In this document: positions 10,074 through 19,620 of the stretch, one piece after another
Layout: each line of letters opens with the position of its first letter
Position numbering within the stretch: position 1 is the first letter of the stretch
DNA from: a virus
Lineage: Duplodnaviria > Caudoviricetes
Length of the DNA: 64,000 nt
IMG/VR virus record: IMGVR_UViG_3300035501_000922
Strand: one strand, 5' to 3'
Notes under the pieces: model-generated
Told to the model about the DNA's origin: nothing
The model's database searches: none
The model's input: only the letters and a program-made list of their open reading frames with translations
Program-made: the position numbers and the translations under genes

Positions 10074-10754
10074 TTATCTGGTATGCGGTTTTTTCGGAAG
10101 TGACGAAATCGTCATTCTCGGGTAATAGTGGGGGTCATCGATACTGGATTTATGAAGCAGCGAAACGTAGCGTCTGCTCGTCATCTTTTTCAGCACGGTT
10201 TTGCAGAAGAACGAATCCCAGAGATAAGGGTATTCGGCTGCAAGCAGCTCTACAAAATCACCTATGAAGATATCGTGAATACTCTTTATGCTGCTGACGC
10301 TTTTGTTATCAGTGTAAATTGTCAGCAGGTTTTCCGAGCTTACGCATGTTAACGTTTGGTTGTCGTCAAATCTGCTGAAAAATAGATTCATATAAACATC
10401 GTCCGTACGAATCTTTTCTTCACCTTCCTCCTCAGTCACAACCGAAATTGAAAACGGGCGTCTTGCTCGTGCCTTATTGCAATACTCGATGATACCCCTG
10501 CGGATATCCTTATCGAGCATCACTGCCGCGAGTATATCTGTATCGCGGATCCGGTAATCCGCTCCAGGCTTCTGCATTTTCAGCGAAAATACAGGAAGCC
10601 CGTAATGCTCCCTGCTATTGAAAATGCTGAGTACAGCTACAACTGCTGTTGTTGAATTGTCTGATGTTGACAAAGCATCAAACATCAGTACCTTGTTTAC
10701 ATGGTTGTTGTCGCATGCGGGTCTTCTGCTGTGCATAATACGTACGTTATTCAT
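10074..10754 (-). CDS. Hypothetical early protein, higher GC than flanks
   Basis: RBS AAGGAG, early promoter at 10818..10828, flanked by hairpins 10037..10072 and 10858..10892. Confidence 0.75.
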   Translation of the reverse strand: MNNVRIMHSRRPACDNNHVNKVLMFDALSTSDNSTTAVVAVLSIFNSREHYGLPVFSLKMQKPGADYRIRDTDILAAVMLDKDIRRGIIEYCNKARARRPFSISVVTEEEGEEKIRTDDVYMNLFFSRFDDNQTLTCVSSENLLTIYTDNKSVSSIKSIHDIFIGDFVELLAAEYPYLWDSFFCKTVLKKMTSRRYVSLLHKSSIDDPHYYPRMTISSLPKKPHTR

Positions 10755-10849
10755 AATATACTCCTTCTCTGTTTTAAAGTCTTTAACCAGCTGACTGTGT
10801 TAATGTACTGCATATGAATAATATATAAATATAAATACGTAAAATACGG
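10753..10849 (-). promoter_or_regulatory. Early promoter plus shared leader
   Basis: CCGTA-N-TTATATATTAT; leader AGTCAGCTG..TAAAGACTTTAAAACAGAGAAGGAGTATATTATG also at 24008..24050. Confidence 0.8.
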
Positions 10850-10875
10850 ATAGAAAGAAGATGAGATTGAATGAA

Positions 10876-11100
10876 TTATTCAATCTCATCTTTATTATTT
10901 ATTGATATATATTTTAAATGTAAACCAACTATTTCATTACGCAAATCATCTGCCATTTTAGCAATATTACTTATATCTTTCTTTTTCTGTAATATTTTAA
11001 TAAGTTCTTTTTCTAATGTGTTTATATCAGCTAGAGCATTGATAATCATATGCTCCATACATTCATTTTCTAATTCTTCTTTACATAGATTCTCATCCAT
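10876..11100 (-). CDS. Small coiled-coil hypothetical protein (MDENL...)
   Basis: RBS AAGAGGT before ATG 11100; terminator hairpin 10858..10892. Confidence 0.55.
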   Translation of the reverse strand: MDENLCKEELENECMEHMIINALADINTLEKELIKILQKKKDISNIAKMADDLRNEIVGLHLKYISINNKDEIE

Positions 11101-11183
11101 GTTAGTACCTCTTTTCTGGATAATTTTAATACATAAATTGTACAATAGTATAAGAAACTCTTAATGAAAGGAGCTTATAACTG

Positions 11184-12437
11184 ATGAAGTTTAATTTAAA
11201 CAAAGATAAGTTTACTTCTATAGATGACGCATTTTCTGTATTAAAAGAAGACAATGACAATAAAGCTGCTTGTGATATTATCAAGAAATCATTAGAAGAT
11301 TGTTTTGAGGGTCACTTCACAATTAATATTGTTAAATGCGAAGATTCTAGTAAACCTCTTTTTGTTATGTCAGTATTTCCTGAGATGGATACTGTAATGA
11401 AGATTATTTCTACGTTATCATCAAATGATGGTAAGAAAGAAGAAGTAATTAAAAAACTATGGGAACAGAATAAAAACTGGGTTATTGAGATAGACCAACG
11501 AATTCTTTGTCCTAATACGAACTTTACTAATAGAGAATTAACGGCTTTATTATTACATGAAATAGGTCATGTAATTTATTCCAATTCTTTACCTTATAGA
11601 ATTACTACGGTTTTACAATTTGAATTAGCAAGTGCTAAGATGGAAAATAAAATGCTTTTAAAAGATAGACTCTTTAAGAAGATTCTTTCATTACCTATCT
11701 TAAATGCATGTATTGCTGATGATAAATCTAAAGGTTCTGTAAAGACTGAGATTAAAGCTGATAAGTTCTCACAAAAGATGGGTTATAGTAAAGAGCTTTC
11801 TTCAGTTTTATCTAAGTTAATTAAGTTGTCTAATTATCCTAAGAATGGTAGTATTGATAAAAATATGCAAGATATGGCTAATTTTTCTATTGATACAGTA
11901 AATCAATTAAGGACACGACAAGATAACATTATGAAGAAAAATTTGCTTACATTGAGAAAAGAATGTGCAAGTCCATATGTTGGTGAAGTAATCCAAGAAT
12001 ACTATGATTTATTTTTCCAAGAGCATGATGACTCCTCAATAAATGATGGGAAAAAACTTAGATTTATGGAGGAGAGAGCTGAGCGAGTAATCCAAGATGG
12101 ATACTTAACAGAAGCTTTTATTTTTAAATCCAAACTTAAAAGGATTGACCCTGCTGAACTTGATTATATAGATATCAAAACGCAGGAGATTAAATCTGAT
12201 AGTGATAAAATGATGCTTATTAGTTATTTACACAGTAAGTTAGACCTTATTGATTACTATATAAGCATTTTAAAAAATCCTAAACTGAGTAAAAAATACT
12301 CAGTTCCACATACTATTGAACAGTTGGAAACTATGAGAAAGAGATTATTAATTTCAAGAGTTAATATTCTCAATTTTAAAATTCCGGAAAGAACCAAGGG
12401 GCTGTATGTTGCATGGCCTCAAAATTATGAGGGGTAA
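11184..12437 (+). CDS. Zincin-like metalloprotease-motif protein, probably virion-associated
   Basis: ELTALLLHEIGH (HExxH) plus downstream EIKADKF, an M48-like spacing of motifs. Confidence 0.6.
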   Translation: MKFNLNKDKFTSIDDAFSVLKEDNDNKAACDIIKKSLEDCFEGHFTINIVKCEDSSKPLFVMSVFPEMDTVMKIISTLSSNDGKKEEVIKKLWEQNKNWVIEIDQRILCPNTNFTNRELTALLLHEIGHVIYSNSLPYRITTVLQFELASAKMENKMLLKDRLFKKILSLPILNACIADDKSKGSVKTEIKADKFSQKMGYSKELSSVLSKLIKLSNYPKNGSIDKNMQDMANFSIDTVNQLRTRQDNIMKKNLLTLRKECASPYVGEVIQEYYDLFFQEHDDSSINDGKKLRFMEERAERVIQDGYLTEAFIFKSKLKRIDPAELDYIDIKTQEIKSDSDKMMLISYLHSKLDLIDYYISILKNPKLSKKYSVPHTIEQLETMRKRLLISRVNILNFKIPERTKGLYVAWPQNYEG

Positions 12438-12442
12438 TAAAG

Positions 12443-13273
12443 ATGGATATTATTTCAATAGAATATGAAATTGCATTATCAAAAATTGATAATGTATTTG
12501 AAAGTGCAGTTGATGCATACATAGATGATAGTGACTATGCATATACAATCACGGAATCTGCATCTGATATTGATACACTCGAGTATTTAATGACCGAAGC
12601 TACAAATAAATTTATTGAAAAGACAAATAAGGTTTTTGATGCAATTATTGAAGTTAACAGTAAATTTATTAATGATGCAAAAAGAACAGTTAAAACTAAA
12701 ACTAAACAGAAGAAAATAAATAAAGCTGTGAAAAAAATCGAAAAATTAAGTATAAGTGGAATTCAACCTAAATATGATAAAAACGGCGAACCCATAAACC
12801 GCTATAAACAAAATGACAGTGAGAAAGAACTTTATAAAGAAGATAAGGAAGCTATTAAGAAAACCATGAAAGCATATAAAAAATATTTGGATAAATATAT
12901 AAAGTTATCATATAAAATTTTATATGCTAAAACAGATGAAGAAATATCTAAGATATCAAAATTATTAGATGATGAAAACAAAATTTATATGGCTGAACTG
13001 GATGAAAATGTTGAGACATGCATCCATAAATATGCATGGGTTGGAGGAAAAGATGGGGTTGAATACGATAAGGCATCTATTGAACTTTATGGCAATTTAG
13101 AGATAATTGAAAACCTTGTCAATAAAAAAATCGGAACACTTAAAGCAATGGCTTCAAAAGCTATTGATGATAATGGTGAACCTAATCTTAAAAAGGTTGC
13201 TTTATTAAAAAAGACATCTAACAATATGACGACTGCAACTAAAAAGGTTGTAAAAGCTGTATCAACAATATGA
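12443..13273 (+). CDS. Putative inner head protein, paralog A
   Basis: Acidic propeptide with ITE|S, LMTE|A then basic helical body; first ~75 aa nearly identical to next gene. Confidence 0.55.
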   Translation: MDIISIEYEIALSKIDNVFESAVDAYIDDSDYAYTITESASDIDTLEYLMTEATNKFIEKTNKVFDAIIEVNSKFINDAKRTVKTKTKQKKINKAVKKIEKLSISGIQPKYDKNGEPINRYKQNDSEKELYKEDKEAIKKTMKAYKKYLDKYIKLSYKILYAKTDEEISKISKLLDDENKIYMAELDENVETCIHKYAWVGGKDGVEYDKASIELYGNLEIIENLVNKKIGTLKAMASKAIDDNGEPNLKKVALLKKTSNNMTTATKKVVKAVSTI

Positions 13274-13288
13274 AAGGTAGTGAAAAGA

Positions 13289-14341
13289 ATGGATATTATT
13301 TCAATGGAATATGAAATTGAAATGGCAAAGATTGATAATGTATTTGAAAATGTACTTGCAATGTATATAACAGATGGTGATTATGCATGTGCAATTACAG
13401 AATCGACATCTGACATTGATGAACTTGATTATTTAATGACTGAAGCTGCAAATAAATTTGTTGAAAAGACAAAGAAGGTTTTTGATGCAATTATTGAAGC
13501 TATTAAAAAGTTTATTAATAATATAAAGCGAACTGTTAAAATTAAAATTGAACAAAAGAAAATGCGTGAATCTTTGAAAAAGATTGAAAAAATAATTAAA
13601 AATGGAATTGAGGGTGGTATTAATATTGGCGGCATTAAGGTTAAACTTGATAAAAAATCTATAAAAGCTTCAAAAAAGACGGTTGATGATCTCTTTAAAA
13701 TATATAAAAGCTACACTGATAAATTTATAACGTTGGCATATAAAGTTATGGATGCTAAAACAGCCGAAGAATTAACTAAATTACAGAAATTAACTAATGA
13801 TGTAATGCACACTGTTGATGTTACATTAGACGACGCTATTGATACCTATATGTGTTTATTTCCAACTATTTCGGAGAATTTTAAGGAACTGTCAGACGAA
13901 GTAACAAAACTTGAGAATCGATTAAACACCCTTGATGAAATAGCTTATAAACATATTGAAAATATAAAATCTATGATTGAAAAAGCTGATGATATTGATG
14001 AGGAGGAATCTATGAATGAAAAAAACGATGATAATGGTGATGGTATTCCTAATCCTCAGAAGGTTACTTTTTTAAAGCGAATAGCAAATAAAATATCTTC
14101 TATGACTGAAAAGATAGCAAATGCTATATCAAGACATCCTTTCAATTCATACAATGCGATTAATACAACGATACACGCACATAAACAGGCTAATGATATG
14201 GCTATGCAAGCGCATAAACAAGCAACCGATGCGGCTATGCACGCACATAAACAGGCTAATGATATGGCTATGCAAGCGCAAACTCAAGCAAATAACATGG
14301 CTATGCAAGCACACATGCAAGCTACTGGTATGATGTGGTAA
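13289..14341 (+). CDS. Putative inner head protein, paralog B with His/Met-rich tail
   Basis: MDIISMEYEI.. paralogous to 12443; C-terminal HAHKQANDMAMQ repeats. Confidence 0.55.
   Translation: MDIISMEYEIEMAKIDNVFENVLAMYITDGDYACAITESTSDIDELDYLMTEAANKFVEKTKKVFDAIIEAIKKFINNIKRTVKIKIEQKKMRESLKKIEKIIKNGIEGGINIGGIKVKLDKKSIKASKKTVDDLFKIYKSYTDKFITLAYKVMDAKTAEELTKLQKLTNDVMHTVDVTLDDAIDTYMCLFPTISENFKELSDEVTKLENRLNTLDEIAYKHIENIKSMIEKADDIDEEESMNEKNDDNGDGIPNPQKVTFLKRIANKISSMTEKIANAISRHPFNSYNAINTTIHAHKQANDMAMQAHKQATDAAMHAHKQANDMAMQAQTQANNMAMQAHMQATGMMW
14174..14280 (+). repeat. 41-bp exact direct repeat (14174..14214, 14240..14280) in an 11-codon periodic tail
   Basis: CACGCACATAAACAGGCTAATGATATGGCTATGCAAGCGCA twice, 66 nt apart. 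Confidence 0.9.
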
Positions 14342-14365
14342 ATCATTATATAAATATATTTATAT

Positions 14366-14403
14366 AAAAATAAGAGTATAGAAATTTCTATACTCTTATT
14401 TTT
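14366..14403. terminator. 38-bp perfect palindrome / terminator
   Basis: AAAAATAAGAGTATAGAAA|TTTCTATACTCTTATTTTT. Confidence 0.8.
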
Positions 14404-14451
14404 TATTTTAATTTTAACACGACTATAATTTTATTATAGGAGTGGTCATTA

Positions 14452-15417
14452 GTGATTGATAAAAATACTGAAAATTTATCATTTTTAAATATGAGTTATT
14501 ACTTACAAGACTGTGGTGTTGATAGTGATAAAGCAACATTTATGCTTGAAACAAAAAATAGAGCTCTTTTAAATTTTGATTATACAAAAAAAGATACAAA
14601 TGATCCGATAACTGGAAGGTCATATACCGAAGATATTTTTAATGAATGTCGTAATAATATATGGTTCTTTTTTAGAGAAATCGTTAGGTTACCCATAGCA
14701 GGTCAACCTCACCAGTATGAAACATCTCTAAGGTTCCCTTTGAACCCATTAACTATGAAAATGATTTGGGCTTATGAACATGAAATACCATGCTTTATAT
14801 CATCTGATATAGACGATTGCTTGCGAGCAACAACAATGAAGTTATTATGTATCTATGATTGCATAAAAAATACATTTAATACTGAAAAGTTGAATGTGAT
14901 TACAAAATATGGATTTGATGAGGATAAATTTAAAGCTGACTTACAAGTTATATCGAATATTAATGATTCGTTATTACCGAGATTATATAATTTCGAACAT
15001 TTTACAAGAGTAAGTGAATTTAAAACACCGGAGTTTTTATTATCATGGAGTGATACGGAAGTTCGTGATCATACTAAATTTTGTCAAAATGATAATATTG
15101 AACCTGACCCTAATCAAGCAATATTTGTTTTTAATGCTGATAAAGCTGATCATAAAGATATGAGTGATATTATTAAGATGACTAAACATTATAGAAATAA
15201 TGTAGGATTTTTTATAATGGAAGGTGACGCTAATAATATTAATGATAGAATTATCGAGGCATTTTTATTTCACTGGATACCTAAGTTCGATAATCAGTTT
15301 TTCAATTTATCAGATAAAGAGGTTACTCAACTTAAAAATGAATTAATATTAATTTACGAAAGTGAGTTTGGATATGATTCAAACTGGGTTGACTATAAAT
15401 ACATAAAAAGAAAATAA
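14452..15417 (+). CDS. Divergent paralog of the terminase large subunit N-terminal region
   Basis: TENLSFLNM..FMLE..ECRNNIWFFFREIVRLP aligns with TANKSFLQV..FMLE..ECMRNPWYYLREIARIP of TerL; no Walker A/B or nuclease motifs visible. Confidence 0.75.
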   Translation: MIDKNTENLSFLNMSYYLQDCGVDSDKATFMLETKNRALLNFDYTKKDTNDPITGRSYTEDIFNECRNNIWFFFREIVRLPIAGQPHQYETSLRFPLNPLTMKMIWAYEHEIPCFISSDIDDCLRATTMKLLCIYDCIKNTFNTEKLNVITKYGFDEDKFKADLQVISNINDSLLPRLYNFEHFTRVSEFKTPEFLLSWSDTEVRDHTKFCQNDNIEPDPNQAIFVFNADKADHKDMSDIIKMTKHYRNNVGFFIMEGDANNINDRIIEAFLFHWIPKFDNQFFNLSDKEVTQLKNELILIYESEFGYDSNWVDYKYIKRK

Positions 15418-15459
15418 AAAAAAATAAGGATGTCATATTTTACTATGACATCCTTATTC

Positions 15460-15684
15460 TTATTTCCCAAAGATAGCCTTGAGAGGATGCCGCATATAAT
15501 AGCGTATACTCTCTCTTAATGCTATTGTCCAAGCAAAACTAACCAACATTACTGAGGTCGCTAACGGGTCTTTGCATGTTCCACGAATGAAACCTAATGA
15601 CTCGGTAACAATCATTTTGCTTTTCCTGTTTTGAGAAATATCACGCATGATGTCGCAGGTTTCCATCATTTCAGGATCTTTCAT
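15460..15684 (-). CDS. Small early protein with one hydrophobic segment
   Basis: RBS AGGAGGTG, early promoter TTATACATTAT 15717..15727, hairpin 15423..15458. Confidence 0.7.
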   Translation of the reverse strand: MKDPEMMETCDIMRDISQNRKSKMIVTESLGFIRGTCKDPLATSVMLVSFAWTIALRESIRYYMRHPLKAIFGK

Positions 15685-15801
15685 TTTTTGATTCACCTCC
15701 TTTTATTATCATATAAATAATGTATAAATCAATATTTATAAATTACGGTTTATATTTATATTAATTTCACAATTAAATAAATTAAAGAAAGGATGGTGTG
15801 T

Positions 15802-17925
15802 ATGAAAGCACGTGTAGCTAAAATAGGTAATAGACTTTATGACCTAGGTACTGCTAATAAATCTTTTTTGCAAGTAGCAATGGATTTAAAAACTCTAGGA
15901 ATAAAAAACTACTATTTTATGCTTGAAATATACGATTACAGCTTAGTAAATGTAAATCCATATGCTGTAGATAAAGAAGGACATACTACATTAACACAAG
16001 ACCAAGTTTCTCGTATTATGACAGAATGTATGAGAAATCCTTGGTATTATTTACGAGAAATAGCCAGAATACCAGACCCGGGAGGAACCGCCGTACCATA
16101 TGAGGCAAACCGTGGTAATATAGCTCAAACATGGTGTATTTGGAAAGGTTTGGATTCATGGTTATGTTTAAGACGTCAGAAAGGTAAGACCCAGTCAGCA
16201 TTAGCAATGCAAGCATGGATGTATTCATTCGGTACAACACAATCACAATTTATCTTTGTAAATAAAGATGGAGATAATGCTAAAGTAAATCTTCGTCGTC
16301 TTAGTGACCAAATTGGGTTTTTGCCTGAGTATTTAAGATTTGAGTCATATACAGATGAAGATGGTAAAGTGACCAAGGCTACAAAGAATGCAACACAAAT
16401 GAGACACCCAATAAACGGAAATTCTATCGTTATTAAATCTAAAGCAGTATCACATGAAGCAGCTTTATCCCTCGCTCGTGGCCTTACTGCACCAATTCTT
16501 CATTTTGATGAGTGTGAGTTTACGAATCAAATTAAAACTATTGTAGCAAACTCAGTATCTACATATGAAACTGCAGCATCTCGTGCCAAAGCTAATGGAG
16601 CAATGTATGCTAGAATATTTACATCAACTCCCGGTGACCTTGATTCTCCAATGGGTATGGAAGCCCAAGATATGCTTGACCATACTGCTAAATGGACTGA
16701 AAAAATCTATGACATGACAACTGAAGAGATTGAGCAGTATATAGATTCACATGGTGTTGACTGCAACCGAATTCTCTACATAGAGTACCAGTATTATCAA
16801 ATTGGAGATACTGAAGACTGGTTGAAGAAAATATCTGCAAAAATTAATGACCCATTAACTGTAAGACGTGAGATTCTACTTCAAAGATTACATGGTTCAT
16901 CAGCTTCCCCGTTTCCTCAGGAAGATATTGAATATATTGTCGAAACTGAACATAAACCGATAGATGAATTGTGGATTATGAATTTCTTTAGATTTGATAT
17001 ATATAGAAAACTTAATAAACAAACACCGTATATTGTAGGAATTGACTGTTCAACAGGTACTAACGGAGATAATAATGCTATAACTATTCTTAATCCGTAT
17101 ACTCTTGAACCCGATGCTGAATTTGAAAGTTCATATATAGGTGAAACAAAATTTGAGCAATTAATAGTTGAACTAATATCAGGTTATATTCCTAGAGCTG
17201 TTGTATGCATAGAAAGAAACAGTGTCGGTGATGGAATAATTGACCATCTTCTCAATAGTCAAATACGTGATAGATTGTATTTTGATAAAGCAAAAGACTT
17301 AGTTGAAGATACAGCAAATGCTGCGCAAACGGTAGAGTCAATGCTTAAAAAACAAGCTAGTATTAAATCATACTATGGTGTTTATACATCAACAAAAAGT
17401 AGAGATGATATGATGGCAATACTTGCTCGTCATGTTAATGAGTATAAAGAAAAGTTTATAACTCATAATGTTATTCGAGATTTATCTCGTTTAGTCAGAA
17501 CTGCATCTGGTAGAGTTGAAGCTGGACCCGGAATGCATGATGATAGTATTATGTCATACCTGATAGCTCTATATGTTTATTATCATGGTAATAATCTGCC
17601 GTTGTTTGGTGTTATAGTTGGAGAGCAAGAAAATGCTGAAAAAAATAAAGGTTTAAAACATGCTGAAGAGATAGACCCAACACTCGTTAACCCAGAGCTT
17701 ATAAATGCAGTAAAGAAACAAGAAGCATTAGAAAGTCAGCAAAAACAATGGGAAAATCTCATGAGACAAGCAACTATACAAGCACAAAAAGAAACCTATA
17801 AATTACAAAAGTCGGGTGAAGTTCAAAATACAATTTTTGAACAGACACCTAGTACTGTAATTGAGCAGATTGATGATGAGAGTTCAATTGACCTTGATTT
17901 CTTTAATTCATTGAATGGATTTTAA
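15802..17925 (+). CDS. terL: Terminase large subunit
   Basis: Walker A RRQKGKT, Walker B LHFDE, TSTP coupling motif, nuclease GIDCS/IERN/HDD. Confidence 0.92.
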   Translation: MKARVAKIGNRLYDLGTANKSFLQVAMDLKTLGIKNYYFMLEIYDYSLVNVNPYAVDKEGHTTLTQDQVSRIMTECMRNPWYYLREIARIPDPGGTAVPYEANRGNIAQTWCIWKGLDSWLCLRRQKGKTQSALAMQAWMYSFGTTQSQFIFVNKDGDNAKVNLRRLSDQIGFLPEYLRFESYTDEDGKVTKATKNATQMRHPINGNSIVIKSKAVSHEAALSLARGLTAPILHFDECEFTNQIKTIVANSVSTYETAASRAKANGAMYARIFTSTPGDLDSPMGMEAQDMLDHTAKWTEKIYDMTTEEIEQYIDSHGVDCNRILYIEYQYYQIGDTEDWLKKISAKINDPLTVRREILLQRLHGSSASPFPQEDIEYIVETEHKPIDELWIMNFFRFDIYRKLNKQTPYIVGIDCSTGTNGDNNAITILNPYTLEPDAEFESSYIGETKFEQLIVELISGYIPRAVVCIERNSVGDGIIDHLLNSQIRDRLYFDKAKDLVEDTANAAQTVESMLKKQASIKSYYGVYTSTKSRDDMMAILARHVNEYKEKFITHNVIRDLSRLVRTASGRVEAGPGMHDDSIMSYLIALYVYYHGNNLPLFGVIVGEQENAEKNKGLKHAEEIDPTLVNPELINAVKKQEALESQQKQWENLMRQATIQAQKETYKLQKSGEVQNTIFEQTPSTVIEQIDDESSIDLDFFNSLNGF

Positions 17926-17976
17926 ACAAAAAAAATAGAAAAAGCTAATTTTAGCTTTTTCTATTTTAAAAATTAA

Positions 17977-18018
17977 TCAATCGAGGACTACTGTATCCTC
18001 AAATAGAATAGGACCCAT
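17977..18018 (-). CDS. 13-aa micropeptide MGPILFEDTVVLD (or small RNA) in its own transcription unit
   Basis: RBS GAAGGGTGGTG, early promoter TTATACATTAT 18087..18097, terminator hairpin 17932..17967; not in ORF track. Confidence 0.5.
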   Translation of the reverse strand: MGPILFEDTVVLD

Positions 18019-18170
18019 TGTATTCACCACCCTTCTATGTATGTGCTGGAAGGGTATTTTGTTGAATAATGAATCTTATCACATAGATAATGTATAAATC
18101 AAAAAGTTCCTTTTACGGTTTTATTATAATGGTAACTTTACTATAAATTTATCTGAAAGGAGTCATAATA

Positions 18171-19529
18171 ATGATTTACGAAACTAATAATGAATATGAT
18201 GAAACAGAAGAAGTCGAGACTACTGAAACTGAGGAGTCTACTGAAAAGGAAAATCCTATGGATTATAAAATCATTGTAGATATGATTAAAGAAATGGATG
18301 AGCAGTATAAGATGCTTAAGGAATTTACTGAGGATTCCATTTCAAATACATATGGATTAAATCCAGAAATTTTAACGGCGATTCTTCCTTATAAAATGGA
18401 AGATATTGATACATTAGATGATAATGAACTGAGTGATTTCCTTACTAAATATAGCAAAGATTCGGAGCTTGCTGATATTTCAAATATGACTCATGCTGAG
18501 TTAGTTGAATTAATGAAAACCGTTAAAACATCATCGCTTAATCTTCTTTCGTCAAAAGCTGAAGCTGATGAAATTAAGAGAGATTCGAATGGTGTACTTA
18601 AAGAATATTTTAACTATCTTTCTTCAACTACAGTACAAGAAAAGAGAGCTAAAAGATTGCAAGCTATGAAAGAAGCTGCTGAAGAAACTACAGATTCCGT
18701 CAAGAAACAGCAAATGCTGCGAATGATTAATACAATGGAATCTGCTCAGTCACTTTCATTTTTGTTTAATCGCTTTAACGAATATGGTGCTAGTGAAATT
18801 AAGTCAATTAAAGTAAGTTTCTTTGACAAAAGAAAAGGTTCCTATATTATAGATAAGTATAAAGCTAAGGTTAGCAAGTTTGGTTTTGACCATAACTTAT
18901 ATAGATATTTCTTTAATATTGAGGAGAATTTCCTTGAAGAGAAATATCATGCATTTAATAACCTTTTCCTGTTTATCTATATGAGATTTGTAGCACATGC
19001 TGATGCATATAATAAACAAGATGTTATGTTTGTACAATCACTGACATCTAGTATGGCAAATCTTATTTATCATAGGTTTGATTCTACTGTTAATGAAAAG
19101 AACTTCCTTGAAATAATTAAGAAAGTCTTAGATAACTTTATTGACTATTATGATTATTTTATTGAGAATAACTCTACACAGCCTACACATCCTTTAAGAA
19201 TTCAAGCTGATAATAAGAGAAACGCTGAAAGACGTGAAGCACTTATTAAAAAGATGAATGAATTAAAGATAACAGGTTATGATGAGAATGCAACAGCAGA
19301 TGAACTTCAAACTTATATGAATGAAGCATTAGATACCATGATTAAGGAACAGACTAAAAAGGATGAGCCTGAAGAAGTAGAATCGGCAGAATCTAGCGAT
19401 GAGACTGATGTAATAGATGAAACTGATACAGTGGATGTTACAGCAGACTATGCAGATATTCCTGCGAATGATACATGGAAAGAAGAAAAAGAAGATAATT
19501 ATGTACCTGAGCTTAATCCCCCAGTATAA
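18171..19529 (+). CDS. Hypothetical helical protein with acidic termini
   Basis: Long ORF, RBS AAAGGAG. Confidence 0.7.
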   Translation: MIYETNNEYDETEEVETTETEESTEKENPMDYKIIVDMIKEMDEQYKMLKEFTEDSISNTYGLNPEILTAILPYKMEDIDTLDDNELSDFLTKYSKDSELADISNMTHAELVELMKTVKTSSLNLLSSKAEADEIKRDSNGVLKEYFNYLSSTTVQEKRAKRLQAMKEAAEETTDSVKKQQMLRMINTMESAQSLSFLFNRFNEYGASEIKSIKVSFFDKRKGSYIIDKYKAKVSKFGFDHNLYRYFFNIEENFLEEKYHAFNNLFLFIYMRFVAHADAYNKQDVMFVQSLTSSMANLIYHRFDSTVNEKNFLEIIKKVLDNFIDYYDYFIENNSTQPTHPLRIQADNKRNAERREALIKKMNELKITGYDENATADELQTYMNEALDTMIKEQTKKDEPEEVESAESSDETDVIDETDTVDVTADYADIPANDTWKEEKEDNYVPELNPPV

Positions 19530-19620
19530 AATACTTCGGATTAAACAAAGAAAACAAAGTCATAAGGGTAAAATGCCCTTATGACTTTTTTATTCACTAA
19601 GATGAAATGAGGTGAAAAAA

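Noticed and set aside
17977-18018. Arbitrium-type signalling peptide
   Set aside because: No signal peptide and no adjacent TPR/RRNPP receptor gene.
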